A DNA stretch of 64,000 nt from Calditrichia bacterium (GCA_963765585.1 CAVXXB010000008.1:271532-335531), one strand, 5' to 3'; positions 1-10,185 are shown, numbered from the stretch's first letter. Notes: generated by a model from the sequence alone, not told the origin. A program made the numbers and translations.

Positions 1-1
1 T

Positions 2-1387
2 TTAGAAGATGGAACAAATGCCGGTGATGTACTGACTGAAGCCTATACCGGAGAAGGTACCATGGTTAATTCCGGTAAATTTGATGGTATGCCGTCTCTG
101 GAAGGAATTGCGGAGGTTGCAAAGCATCTGGAAGAGCAGGGAATTGGTCACACAGCCGTAAAATTTAAGTTTCGCGATTGGCTGATCTCCCGGCAACGAT
201 ATTGGGGCGTTCCTATTCCCATCATACATTGTGATTCTTGCGGTGAAGTGGCCGTACCCGATGATCAGTTACCCGTTGTTCTGCCGGATATCGTGAACTT
301 TAAACCAAAGGGTAAACCACCGTTGGCCACATCAGAAGAATTTGTAAATACATCCTGCCCGGATTGCGGAAAACCAGCCAGGCGCGAAGTGGATACGATG
401 GACACTTTTGTGGATTCATCCTGGTATTTTTTGCGCTATACCAGTAGCCATTTGGCTGATAAACCCTGGGATCCTGAATTGGTAAAAAAATGGTTACCGG
501 TGGATCAGTATATCGGTGGTGTGGATCATGCCACTATGCATCTGCTGTATGCCCGTTTCTTTGTCATGGCACTACATGATATGGGCCATCTTCCTTTTGA
601 AGAACCGTTTAAAAATCTTGTACATCAGGGGATTATTAAGGGACCTGATGGCATGCGCATGTCAAAGTCGCGCGGGAATGTAATTAATCCTGAAGGTTAT
701 CTGGAGAAGTATGGCAGTGATGTCTTTCGTACTCATCTGATGTTTGGCTTTGATTTTATGGATGGCGGACCATGGGATGATTCCGGCATCCTAGCCATTG
801 ATAAATTCATCAATCGTGTTTGGCGTATTGTCGAAGATTCAGTTACTATAATCCAGTCAAAGAAAAATGTAGCAAAAATTGATGAGCCGGAACAAAAACT
901 GAATATGGTAATGAATAATTCAATTATGAAGGCCACCAGGGATATTGAAAGATTTCATTTTAATACCGTAATTAGCCGGATAATGGAATTGGTGAATGAA
1001 TTATACCGCTATACCAGTGAGGTACCGGAATCTGAAATAAACAGTGATATATTAGGCACCGCTATTAAGAACCTGATCTTGATACTTGCGCCATTTACAC
1101 CGCATATTAGTGAGGAATTATGGCAGATGGTCGGTGAAAGTCCTTCGGTATTCAATCAACAATGGCCGAATTATGATGTAAATGCGTTAAAAAGAGATAC
1201 CATTACCTGGGTAATTCAGATAAACGGCAAGATAAGAGAACGGGTCGAAGGCAGTGTGAATATGGATCAGGATGCGGCCCGGGAATTTGCCCTGGAGCAA
1301 GATAAAATCAAAGAAATGCTGGATGGCAAACAAATTAGAAAAGTGATCGTTGTTCCGAAAAAATTGATAAATATTGTAGCCAATTAA
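2..1387 (+). CDS. leuS: Leucyl-tRNA synthetase, C-terminal ~460 aa (5' end outside the window)
   Basis: Frame 2 is open from position 2. Motifs: [14 protein letters not shown], zinc-knuckle cysteines CDSCG/CPDCG, a KMSKS-type loop (MRMSKSRGN), and a C-terminal anticodon-binding region. Confidence 0.95.
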   Translation, partial: LEDGTNAGDVLTEAYTGEGTMVNSGKFDGMPSLEGIAEVAKHLEEQGIGHTAVKFKFRDWLISRQRYWGVPIPIIHCDSCGEVAVPDDQLPVVLPDIVNFKPKGKPPLATSEEFVNTSCPDCGKPARREVDTMDTFVDSSWYFLRYTSSHLADKPWDPELVKKWLPVDQYIGGVDHATMHLLYARFFVMALHDMGHLPFEEPFKNLVHQGIIKGPDGMRMSKSRGNVINPEGYLEKYGSDVFRTHLMFGFDFMDGGPWDDSGILAIDKFINRVWRIVEDSVTIIQSKKNVAKIDEPEQKLNMVMNNSIMKATRDIERFHFNTVISRIMELVNELYRYTSEVPESEINSDILGTAIKNLILILAPFTPHISEELWQMVGESPSVFNQQWPNYDVNALKRDTITWVIQINGKIRERVEGSVNMDQDAAREFALEQDKIKEMLDGKQIRKVIVVPKKLINIVAN

Positions 1388-1388
1388 T

Positions 1389-2888
1389 TTGAGTCTTTCT
1401 TCATATATACCGGATATAATTAAGACGCTTGTCGTATTTATGGCAATCCTCTTACTTTTGTTTTTATCGGATCGTCTTCAACGTAGATTTAATTTTTCCC
1501 GTCGTTTTACAAGAAAAGCCATTCATATTATAGTCGGCTTGGGTATCTGTTCATCACCCCTGATTTTCGATTCAAAAATTCCTTTACTGTTATTAGCAAT
1601 ACTTTTTTTCCTGGTTGATTGGTGGGCACTGCGAACGAAGCATTTTAAAAGCATGCATCCGGATAATTTTTCTCTGGGAACTGTTTTCTATCCAATTTCT
1701 ATTTTTATTCTGGCTTTGCTGTTTTGGGATGTGGATCAATGGATTTTTATTACCGCTTCCTTACTTATGGTCATTCCCGATGCATTGGCCGGAATTACGG
1801 GTCTGAGATATGCAAATTCCTTTTTTACACTAGTAAAGGAAAAAAAATCGATCCCAGGTACAACAACTATGTTTTTATCGTCATTTACATTAATAATTAT
1901 TGCTTCATTTTTTCATCCTGAGATGGCCATGATACAAGCTTTAATGCTGGCGGTTATTGTCGGGTTGGTTGCGACTGCTTCAGAACTTCTGTCAACACGT
2001 GGATCGGACAACTTATCGGTTCCCTTATTATCAGGATTGTTTGTATATGTTTATTTATATCCGGTTAATGAATTTCTGCCCATGCAAATATTTATGGGTA
2101 CCATTCTGGCCCTAACTATTTCTATAATTAGTTATCGCATAGGATTTTTATCCGCCAGCGGCAGTGTGGGAACATTTATATTAGGAAGCATAATATTTGG
2201 TTTTGGTGGACTACAGTATACCATACCTATATTGGCATTTTTTATTCTATCTAGTTTATTATCACGAACAGGGCAGGGCTATAAAAAGAAATTTGAATCA
2301 TCCTTTGAAAAAACTGGTGTGAGGGATTTCTATCAGGTCTGGGCAAATGGCTTGATTCCGGCGATTCTGGTTATATTTAATCTGTTTTACTCAAATCCTG
2401 TCATATTTTTTGCCTATTGTGCAGCCGTAGCCGCCGCCACAGCGGATACCTGGGCGACAGAAATTGGCGTATTTTCAAAAAAGCAACCCAGGTTGATCAC
2501 TACTTTTAAGCAGGTATCCCCAGGCACATCCGGAGGTATTTCACTTACCGGTCTGTTTGCATCACTGGCAGGCAGTGTAACAATTGCAGGTATAAGTCTT
2601 GGTTATTATAGCTATTACAATATATTAGAGAATATTATTGTTGTGTTTTGTATAATTGTGGTATCCGGTTTTATTGGGAGTATCGCAGATAGCATTATTG
2701 GTGCCACCATACAGGCACAGTATAAATGTGAACGATGCATGAAAATAACAGAAAAAAAAGTACATTGTGATTCGGAAACAAAAATAATTCATGGTTTAAA
2801 TTGGTTGAATAATGACTATGTGAATTTAATCTCTATAACATTTTCATCAATCTTAACCATTATTTTAATTATTTTATGGAGAATTTAA
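1389..2888 (+). CDS. Polytopic membrane protein fusing a CTP-dependent prenol kinase-like domain (phytol/dolichol kinase, VTE5-like) to a DUF92/TMEM19 domain (VTE6-like)
   Basis: TTG start 1 nt after the leuS stop. N-terminal half: RKAIHIIVG, IPDALAGITG, KKSIPGTTTMF (CdsA/dolichol-kinase superfamily pattern). C-terminal half: AAATADTWATEIG, PGTSGGISLTG, GSIADSIIGATIQ, plus the Cys-rich loop CERC...HC typical of DUF92. Confidence 0.7.
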   Translation: MSLSSYIPDIIKTLVVFMAILLLLFLSDRLQRRFNFSRRFTRKAIHIIVGLGICSSPLIFDSKIPLLLLAILFFLVDWWALRTKHFKSMHPDNFSLGTVFYPISIFILALLFWDVDQWIFITASLLMVIPDALAGITGLRYANSFFTLVKEKKSIPGTTTMFLSSFTLIIIASFFHPEMAMIQALMLAVIVGLVATASELLSTRGSDNLSVPLLSGLFVYVYLYPVNEFLPMQIFMGTILALTISIISYRIGFLSASGSVGTFILGSIIFGFGGLQYTIPILAFFILSSLLSRTGQGYKKKFESSFEKTGVRDFYQVWANGLIPAILVIFNLFYSNPVIFFAYCAAVAAATADTWATEIGVFSKKQPRLITTFKQVSPGTSGGISLTGLFASLAGSVTIAGISLGYYSYYNILENIIVVFCIIVVSGFIGSIADSIIGATIQAQYKCERCMKITEKKVHCDSETKIIHGLNWLNNDYVNLISITFSSILTIILIILWRI

Positions 2889-2965
2889 CATCTCAAAGAT
2901 ACTAATTTTATTATTGTTCAATATTTATATCGAGCAATAATTAAATCTTTTTCCTTAGTGTCTTT

Positions 2966-3262
2966 GTGGTTAAAAAACAAAAAATGTGGTACGCATTAAC
3001 AGCACATGAAAAAGAACGATCCCGGAAAGAATCAAAAAAAGAATTCTCAGCGCCTAAGTATGAAATTATCATGTCTGCTGAAACACGTGAAGAATTAGAC
3101 AGCAAACTTGATGATAGCGTTTCAAAATTTCCTAAAGAGATGGAAAAATATTTAAAGGCCGGAATCAAAATGGTCGAGGCGGATAATTCAATTCAGGCTA
3201 AGTCACGCGCATCAAAAGAGAATAAGTATTTTGATCAGCGCGGGCAATACAAATTATTTTAA
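2966..3262 (+). CDS. Hypothetical small Lys/Glu-rich protein
   Basis: The only long ORF in this spacer. No recognisable motif. Coding status uncertain. Confidence 0.3.
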   Translation: MVKKQKMWYALTAHEKERSRKESKKEFSAPKYEIIMSAETREELDSKLDDSVSKFPKEMEKYLKAGIKMVEADNSIQAKSRASKENKYFDQRGQYKLF

Positions 3263-3564
3263 CTGCACAAAACAAACATTCCCAAATATTAAATCTAAAC
3301 CATAACCATAAAACCGATAAATACCACATATAACTGTTATATAATATATATTATGTAAACTAATATATATGACAATTCCAGAAGTAAGTAATTGTAATTA
3401 AATGTGTTACGTGTTTATGTGTGTGGCCAGGCTTCCCTTCTGCCATTTTGTCCTTCTTTATTGCATTTGTTATATTGAACTGTCTATAAAGATTTTATAA
3501 ATTGAACTCATAAAAAAATATTTAAATTCTTTTTCTACGTTCATAGAATGTTTTACAAATATGA

Positions 3565-3792
3565 TTGGGGTTTACTTTGGATAAAGATATATTGATTTCT
3601 GAATATTTAAAGATATACTTTTCTTGTCACCCTGAGGAATTACCAAAAGATCCTGAAAAGGCTTTTGAATTACTTGGTACACTACATAAAAAATATAAGA
3701 ATCGGTTTATCGACGATTTTAAAGCAAAAAGTGGTAAATTTGTTGATAGATTTATTGAAGATGATGATGGAGAAAAAGGGCGTTATCTTTAA
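3565..3792 (+). CDS. Hypothetical small protein
   Basis: 75-codon ORF with a non-ATG start. No recognisable motif. Confidence 0.25.
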   Translation: MGFTLDKDILISEYLKIYFSCHPEELPKDPEKAFELLGTLHKKYKNRFIDDFKAKSGKFVDRFIEDDDGEKGRYL

Positions 3793-3808
3793 GATTTCGT
3801 TCTATCTG

Positions 3809-4039
3809 TCAATCTTGCTTACGATTTTTGTACCTGCCATGCCCGGAAATATGTAATGATGTTTTAACCGGAAACTGCTGACCTTTTATCTTTTCATAGA
3901 GTTCTTCTCTGAAAACTTCGATATCTCTGGGCGCTTCAATGCCGATTTTTACCTGTGTACCATCAAGATCGACTATCACGAGTTTTATATTATCACCTAT
4001 GGTTATCGCTTCGCCTAACCTCCGTGTTAGCACAAGCAT
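3809..4039 (-). CDS. csrA: Carbon storage regulator CsrA
   Basis: MLVLTRRLGEAITIGDNIKL...VKIGIEAPRDIEVFREE is the canonical CsrA fold signature. Confidence 0.9.
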   Translation of the reverse strand: MLVLTRRLGEAITIGDNIKLVIVDLDGTQVKIGIEAPRDIEVFREELYEKIKGQQFPVKTSLHISGHGRYKNRKQD

Positions 4040-4050
4040 TGTACCCTCCC

Positions 4051-4839
4051 CTATTTAGTTTTCCACTGTGGTAGTCGTTTTTCTATAAAGGCGCTAATAC
4101 CTTCAATAAAATCATCTTCAAATCTGGATCTGGCGTTAAAATCCGCAGATTCCTGCAATAGCTCATCTATTGAGTTATGTTGTTGAAGACTATTTATAAA
4201 ATTTTTTGTTAGTGACATAGATGTAGGCGAATTTTTACCAATTTCATTCGCGAGAGAGATACCTGCGTCCATAAGTTTTTCAGGTGATTCCAGCCTGGTC
4301 ACCAATCCATAGTCTAAAGCTTCCTGAGCATCCATTATACGACCGGATAAAAGCATTTCCTTTGCTTTACGGTAACCCAGGCTATAAACCAAAAATACAG
4401 ATACAATCGCAGGTGTAAAGCCAATTTTTACCTCAGGATAGCCAAATTTAGCAGATTTTGATGCCAGAACAAAATCACAAATGCTTGCCAGGCCGCAGCC
4501 GCCGCCGATTGCAGGACCGTTTATCAGCCCGATAACCGGTTTTGAAAAATAATAAATACTTTTATACATGGTCAGTAAATTGTCAGAATCATGTTTTTGT
4601 TCGGCAAAAGTCATGCCCTGCAGAGATTTGAGATAGGATAGATCTGCACCCGAACAAAATGATGAACCGGTACCGGTCAAAATAATGCAATTGATGCCCT
4701 CATAATTATCCGGATCAGCAAAGATATCTGAAAGCTCACTAATCATGACTTCATTGAGTGCATTTCTAACATCTGGGCGATTTAAGGTAACAATTAAAAT
4801 ATTGTCCCGAATTTGCGTTTTTATTGTAGTATAGTTCAT
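4051..4839 (-). CDS. Enoyl-CoA hydratase/isomerase family protein (methylglutaconyl-CoA hydratase-like)
   Basis: Crotonase motifs: FCSGADL, INGPAIGGGCGLA, PEVKIGF. Lies 4 nt downstream of the carboxyltransferase gene. Confidence 0.85.
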   Translation of the reverse strand: MNYTTIKTQIRDNILIVTLNRPDVRNALNEVMISELSDIFADPDNYEGINCIILTGTGSSFCSGADLSYLKSLQGMTFAEQKHDSDNLLTMYKSIYYFSKPVIGLINGPAIGGGCGLASICDFVLASKSAKFGYPEVKIGFTPAIVSVFLVYSLGYRKAKEMLLSGRIMDAQEALDYGLVTRLESPEKLMDAGISLANEIGKNSPTSMSLTKNFINSLQQHNSIDELLQESADFNARSRFEDDFIEGISAFIEKRLPQWKTK

Positions 4840-4843
4840 TTGA

Positions 4844-6520
4844 TCAGGTTTGTATGATGCCAGGATTGAATTTTTCGATTTCCGGATTCATGGTTACTGC
4901 TTCCAAAGAATTAATCAACACTTTTCTTGTTTCTGAAGGTAATATTATTTCATCTATCCAGAGTCTTGCAGCCCCATAGCGTGGATCGGTTTGATTCTCA
5001 TATGTAGATTTTACAGACTCAAATAATTCCATTTTCTCTTCTTCAGACAAGATTTTTCCCGATTTTTCTAACTGTTTTATTTTAATATCTACCAATGTAT
5101 TTGCTGCCTGCGCACCCCCCATAACCGCATATCGTGCCGATGGCCAGGCATAAATAAATCTGGGTTCATATGCTTTACCGCACATGGCATAATGACCGGC
5201 CCCAAATGTTCCGCCTATGATTAGACTTATTTTTGGCACCACAGAATTCGAAACAACATTGACAAGTTTTGCACCTTCTCTGATAATTCCGCTCTGTTCC
5301 GCATCACGCCCCACCATAAATCCATTTACATCATGAATAAACAGTAATGGGATAGTACTCTGATTACAATCCATAATAAATCTGGCTGCTTTGGCCGCAC
5401 TTTCACTATAGATAACGCCGCCAAATTCAGGCGGTCTTTCTTTTTGAATATAATGTTTTTTCTGATTTGCAATAATACCAACCGAGTATCCACCAATGCG
5501 GGCATATCCACAGATCAGTGTACGTCCATAGTCCGGCCGGTATTCGTCAAATTCACTTCCATCCACCAGTCGGGCGATAATTTCCCGAACATCATATTCG
5601 CGCGTCGGCTCTGCAGGCATTACGCTGTCCAGTTCAGAAATATCATATTGAGGTTCAACAGACGGTTGCTTGTCATAGATGCAGATGTTTTTTTGTCCCA
5701 TTTTTGAGATCAGACGCCGGATACGTTTAATTGCTGCCGTATCATCTTTTTCTTTAAAATCTACCGTTCCGCTGATTTCTGCATGCATGGTTGCACCGCC
5801 CAATTGCTCTGCATCAACTACCTGACCAATTGCAGCCTTAACCAATGCCGGACCCGCTAAAAACAGCCCGCTGCCTTCGGTCATCAACAGCGAATCACAC
5901 ATGACCGGTAGATAGGCACCACCTGCAACGCACATGCCCATTATGGCTGTTACCTGGGGTATGCCTTTCGCCGACATGATGGCATTATAATAGAATACAC
6001 GTCCGAAATCATCGGTATCCGGAAAGACATCTTCCTGCAATGGTAAAAAAATACCTGCGGAATCTACCAGATAAATGGTAGGAAGCCGGTTCTCGTAGGC
6101 GATTTTTTGTGACCGGATCACCTTTTTAGCTGTCATTGGGAAAAATGAACCGGCTTTAACAGTGGCATCATTGATAATCAGCATACATTTTTTACCACTG
6201 ACCTGTCCAATACCGCATACTACGCCACCCGCCGGACAGCCGCCCCACTCTTCATACATTTCAAAGCCGACAAAAGTCCCGAGTTCCAGAAAGACAGATT
6301 CAGGGTCGATTAGCAGTTTCAGGCGCTCACGGGCAGTCAGACGCTCTTTTTTATGCTGTTTCTCAATATTTGCCAGGCCACCACCCAGATGTATTTGAGA
6401 TCTTATATTTGCATATTCCCCGGCAAGATTTGCCCAATAATCAGTATTTTTTTTTGCATCCGCACCGGATAGGTCAAATTGTGATACGATCTGATCATCT
6501 TTATAACGAACAAACGACAC
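4844..6520 (-). CDS. Acyl-CoA carboxylase carboxyltransferase (beta) subunit, methylcrotonyl/propionyl-CoA carboxylase-like
   Basis: Two carboxyltransferase lobes: LTARERLKLLIDP, GGAYLPVMCD, PKISLIIGGTFGAGHYAM, ARLWIDEII. Confidence 0.9.
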   Translation of the reverse strand: MSFVRYKDDQIVSQFDLSGADAKKNTDYWANLAGEYANIRSQIHLGGGLANIEKQHKKERLTARERLKLLIDPESVFLELGTFVGFEMYEEWGGCPAGGVVCGIGQVSGKKCMLIINDATVKAGSFFPMTAKKVIRSQKIAYENRLPTIYLVDSAGIFLPLQEDVFPDTDDFGRVFYYNAIMSAKGIPQVTAIMGMCVAGGAYLPVMCDSLLMTEGSGLFLAGPALVKAAIGQVVDAEQLGGATMHAEISGTVDFKEKDDTAAIKRIRRLISKMGQKNICIYDKQPSVEPQYDISELDSVMPAEPTREYDVREIIARLVDGSEFDEYRPDYGRTLICGYARIGGYSVGIIANQKKHYIQKERPPEFGGVIYSESAAKAARFIMDCNQSTIPLLFIHDVNGFMVGRDAEQSGIIREGAKLVNVVSNSVVPKISLIIGGTFGAGHYAMCGKAYEPRFIYAWPSARYAVMGGAQAANTLVDIKIKQLEKSGKILSEEEKMELFESVKSTYENQTDPRYGAARLWIDEIILPSETRKVLINSLEAVTMNPEIEKFNPGIIQT

Positions 6521-7332
6521 TATTCACTCCTGTCTTGGGAAAGGAACATTAATATGGCCTCAAGGACACCACCGGCCATTGCCAGACATTGAACCGGCAC
6601 CTGTTTGCTTATATCATGTTTTAAAGTATGTGGTTTTATCTCAAAAAGCGGCTGCTTACTGTGAACAAAATGACCGCTGTGTAACATCCCGGTTACCACA
6701 CCACTTCTGGGTGAAAGAATGCTGATATCATTTAGCTTGCCTATTTCTTCTCTTTCTGCAACATCTTCACCGATACTTTTATGACATATAAAAATACCTT
6801 CCAGAGGGGCGGTACTTAAAAAGGCATTTTCGGATTGTCTGACTTTCAATTCTTTAGGCATATGATATACACGACCCAATTCTTCACCCGAGATACCAAC
6901 GACAAAGTGACCATCCTGACCTACCTGAAAGTCAGGACCCATTCGGATGACACATGGAAAATCATGCCAATCGGGTATTATTTTTTCCAAATGACTACCG
7001 GTACAATCAATCAGGATATCCGGTTTTAATGACGTTGCTGCCCTGAATGACTCATCGCTGATCAAAGGTATGATCCGGTCCATCCGGCCTGCAGCCAACT
7101 GCTCCTGATACTCTTGTTCATCGGATACAGATTGATACAAGCGACATGTAATCTCATCGATTGTTTTTTCACCGAGAAAGATCGAATCTGAAAAATTCCT
7201 AAAGTAGTGTAAATCGGTTGGATTGTTTTTCTCAACCAAAACAGGCCGAAATCCACTTTTAAAAAGCCGTATCGCGGTAGCGGTTCCTTTATCACCGGAA
7301 CCAAATATGAATATATTTTCGTTTTTAAACAT
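6520..7332 (-). CDS. yqeB: YqeB-family selenium-dependent molybdenum hydroxylase system protein (XdhC-Rossmann-like)
   Basis: N-terminal IFIFGSGDKGTATAIRLFKSGFRPVLVE and C-terminal CLAMAGGVLEAILMF match my memory of the YqeB/EF2563 family. Size is right at 270 aa. Confidence 0.65.
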   Translation of the reverse strand: MFKNENIFIFGSGDKGTATAIRLFKSGFRPVLVEKNNPTDLHYFRNFSDSIFLGEKTIDEITCRLYQSVSDEQEYQEQLAAGRMDRIIPLISDESFRAATSLKPDILIDCTGSHLEKIIPDWHDFPCVIRMGPDFQVGQDGHFVVGISGEELGRVYHMPKELKVRQSENAFLSTAPLEGIFICHKSIGEDVAEREEIGKLNDISILSPRSGVVTGMLHSGHFVHSKQPLFEIKPHTLKHDISKQVPVQCLAMAGGVLEAILMFLSQDRSE

Positions 7333-7401
7333 GCTTATTTTATATTGTAAAATTCAGAGTCGTAGACACTTCCATACAAGACCCGGTCAATATTGCTTAT
7401 C

Positions 7402-8064
7402 TTAAGTCTGACGCGCAAAATTGATTGTGAGATTCTTATGAAATACATTTTCCACCTTGTTTATATAAACTGAAAGCGGTATCCCGTGTGTTGTCAGAAT
7501 TTTAAATAATTTGTGATTAACCAACCAATCGGAGATTGAAGTCGGTTCCAGTATTTTTTTTTGTTTCCAATAGGTATCATTGGTTTTAATATATGTTTCA
7601 TTATTGGGTTGATTTAGTGCATCTGCACCTATCACAAGTATGCATCTATCCGCCCTCTTTGCTGTGTTAAATTTTAATTTATCAAATCCGCTTAGTGATT
7701 TACCCTGAGCAGAGTCAATTTCAATCAGTATGTGATCGCATTCCACATTATCGGCGATCTCGTGTATTTCGCTCTCTTTAAAGGCTTTGATTTTCTTTTC
7801 ATCAAAGGACTTCCCCAGATAAACAATCTGATTAAGTGCAATTTCGCTTGATAATTGGGATTTAATGATGGATGCATCGTCAGAAATGAAGGTATTGCTG
7901 TCGGGAGGGATAAAAAAATCATAGTTGGATAACACCAGAGCTGTTTTACCGGTTTTTTTCAGTTCATGGCAAAACTTGTTTATTAAAACTGATTTACCAC
8001 CACCACCGGCAAGAACAATCACCTTTTCAGAGGTATTGAATAGTGCTTCGTGGAAAAAATTCAT
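7402..8064 (-). CDS. yqeC: YqeC-family probable selenium-dependent hydroxylase accessory protein (P-loop)
   Basis: VIVLAGGGGKSVLINKF P-loop, ~220 aa, immediately downstream of the yqeB-like gene. Confidence 0.6.
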   Translation of the reverse strand: MNFFHEALFNTSEKVIVLAGGGGKSVLINKFCHELKKTGKTALVLSNYDFFIPPDSNTFISDDASIIKSQLSSEIALNQIVYLGKSFDEKKIKAFKESEIHEIADNVECDHILIEIDSAQGKSLSGFDKLKFNTAKRADRCILVIGADALNQPNNETYIKTNDTYWKQKKILEPTSISDWLVNHKLFKILTTHGIPLSVYINKVENVFHKNLTINFARQT

Positions 8065-8067
8065 TTG

Positions 8068-8490
8068 TCAGGCCTGCGGCATTAGCGGAACACCAAATTT
8101 TCTCAATGAATCATCAAAAGAAAATATTACATTTATTTTTTTCTTTCTCACATCTTCAAAGATGAGGCAATGATGCAAATCTATTTCATGATCCTTGATA
8201 GAAAAAAACTGCTTTATACTACTGCGGCGCAACCGGCGTGACAGCCAGGAAACATTCAGGTGTGAAGATAAATTTGCTTCGTCAATTATTCGTGAAAATT
8301 CTAATGCTGAATTGAGACCGCAATTTTGTTTTATTTGTGAAATAGCTGAATTCACTTCCTGAATACTTGTGTACAATTTTGCATTCGTTGTCAATAATTT
8401 CTGAAAGTATTCTTTGGCCAGATCATGATTTAAATGTTGACTATTTATTAATGCATACCAGCCACTGGAATCGATATAAACTTTTAACAT
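8068..8490 (-). CDS. PIN-domain protein, VapC-like toxin
   Basis: N-terminal VYIDSSGWYAL acidic motif and C-terminal FSFDD. Overlaps or abuts the upstream AbrB-type gene by 1 nt. Confidence 0.55.
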   Translation of the reverse strand: MLKVYIDSSGWYALINSQHLNHDLAKEYFQKLLTTNAKLYTSIQEVNSAISQIKQNCGLNSALEFSRIIDEANLSSHLNVSWLSRRLRRSSIKQFFSIKDHEIDLHHCLIFEDVRKKKINVIFSFDDSLRKFGVPLMPQA

Positions 8491-8491
8491 G

Positions 8492-8695
8492 CTATATCTC
8501 TGATGTTTCTGATAATTTTAATATTTTAATCAAAGGATTTTTACCAATACTGACATCAAGACGTTTACTGCGAATTTTTTTTAACATGATTTCAACTTTA
8601 TCGCCTTCAGAAAGCTGTAACCTGTCTTTTATTTCAGCGGGTACATCAATTTTGCCCACCGCATCTATTTCGGTTATAAAAGTTCCGGTTTTCAT
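8492..8695 (-). CDS. AbrB/MazE/SpoVT-type antitoxin (VapB-like)
   Basis: 67 aa. GKIDVPAEIKDRLQLSEGDKVEI is a swapped-hairpin AbrB pattern. Located directly upstream of the PIN gene. Confidence 0.6.
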   Translation of the reverse strand: MKTGTFITEIDAVGKIDVPAEIKDRLQLSEGDKVEIMLKKIRSKRLDVSIGKNPLIKILKLSETSEI

Positions 8696-8699
8696 ATGA

Positions 8700-9587
8700 C
8701 TATTCCTCTAAATACCTATTCTTAAACTCCGTGATGCTAAAAATGCCATCCTCACACACCACCTTAGATAAATATTCAATTGGTACAGAATCAAAATAAA
8801 CATTCAGCGCGGAAACGTTTTTCTTCTTTCCCGGATATACTTCTTTTGGATTTTCTGTGTAAAATCGGATCGCCTGCTCATATTCCAGCAAAATTTTATC
8901 TGTTTCAAAGGCAATATAATATGGGATTTTGAAAGTCTGTGCCAAAACTGCCAGAGGTAAAGAACCGGTTTTACTAACAAAACCATCTTCAAAAACCCGA
9001 TCTGCTCCCGTAAGTACCAGATTAACCTCCTTCATTACCTGTCCTGCTGCAGCATCAGTTATCAATTTGCAGGGTATGCCCAATGCGGCAACATCTTCGG
9101 CGAAATTCCTTCCCTCCAGAGACGGACGACTTTCCATACAATAGACTGTAAATTTTCTTTTCAATTTGGCTGCTTGTTTAAATATCTCTATCAGATGAGA
9201 GCTATAACTAATTGTTAGAATTTTTGATTGATTGAAGATCAGTTTTGCGCCGGATTCACCGATTTTTTTCTGCTTATTCTCAAGTTCTTTTTTTATTTCA
9301 TTTATTTTTGCGATAGCAAATTTCTTCACTTCTGCCGCAGGTTTATCTGCTTTTACCAGCCGCTTAAGATAATACACCACTCCGGTTACATTTTTGCGTA
9401 AAATCACCATATTGGGATATGTTTTTACAACTCCCCGGGCAATCTTATTTAAATCTTCCCCAAGGGCAATCAGGTCTGTTTGCTCATAGTTTTCGATATA
9501 TGACTGCAATACCTTTAATGCATAATTACATGTCAGGTAGGATCCCCGAACACCTTCCTTTTTAAAATCATCTAATGTGTAACCCAT
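8700..9587 (-). CDS. eIF-2B alpha/beta/delta-like family protein (sugar-phosphate isomerase fold)
   Basis: ESRPSLEGRNFA, LVLTGADRVFEDGFVSKTGSLPLAV are IF-2B family motifs. Confidence 0.7.
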   Translation of the reverse strand: MGYTLDDFKKEGVRGSYLTCNYALKVLQSYIENYEQTDLIALGEDLNKIARGVVKTYPNMVILRKNVTGVVYYLKRLVKADKPAAEVKKFAIAKINEIKKELENKQKKIGESGAKLIFNQSKILTISYSSHLIEIFKQAAKLKRKFTVYCMESRPSLEGRNFAEDVAALGIPCKLITDAAAGQVMKEVNLVLTGADRVFEDGFVSKTGSLPLAVLAQTFKIPYYIAFETDKILLEYEQAIRFYTENPKEVYPGKKKNVSALNVYFDSVPIEYLSKVVCEDGIFSITEFKNRYLEE

Positions 9588-9592
9588 TTATA

Positions 9593-9916
9593 CTACTCTC
9601 CGGTCATTTGAATAATCCAATCGAGATATGCCTGCGAGGCCTGTACTACTGGTGTGGCAATAATTTCTGGAATAGAGTAACTATGAATCATCTTTATCTC
9701 TTTTTCTACCTGGTCATACTTTTTTAAGGAAGTTTTTATTAACAACAATACCTCGTTTTCTTCCTGTACCTCTCCTTCCCATCGATAAATGGAAATTATA
9801 CCAGGTATAACATTGCAGCATGCCGCTAATTTTTTTCGAATCAGCAATCTTGAAATGCTTTTAGCTTCATCCGCATTAGGGACAGTACAATACACAAGCA
9901 TTGCCTGTTCTTTCAT
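9593..9916 (-). CDS. cutA: Divalent-cation tolerance protein CutA
   Basis: LAACCNVIPGIISIYRWEGEVQEENEVLLLIKT is the CutA1 core. Confidence 0.85.
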   Translation of the reverse strand: MKEQAMLVYCTVPNADEAKSISRLLIRKKLAACCNVIPGIISIYRWEGEVQEENEVLLLIKTSLKKYDQVEKEIKMIHSYSIPEIIATPVVQASQAYLDWIIQMTGE

Positions 9917-10185
9917 AACACCTCTTCCTGAAATTGTTTTTGAGTGTACACAATTGAAAAATTTAAATCAAGACTAATTTAAATTCATGATGACAAGATT
10001 GACATGAACTAAATAGTTTATAAACAATGGATTAAAACCAGAATCTCTATCCAGATCACACATAGAATGCAATATAATTAAAGTGTTAGTTTTGATATAT
10101 TTAAAGCAATGCTTAATATATATATTATGTATCCTGAATAATATTTTCTATCTTTATCTTAATCAGAGCAAGTCCTTGAAAGAAA

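Noticed and set aside
3263-3564. AT-rich 300-bp spacers (also 9917-10185) considered as an ncRNA gene, origin or prophage attachment site
   Set aside because: I could find no conserved RNA motif, tRNA-like arm, DnaA-box cluster or repeat by eye. They are most simply divergent or upstream promoter regions.
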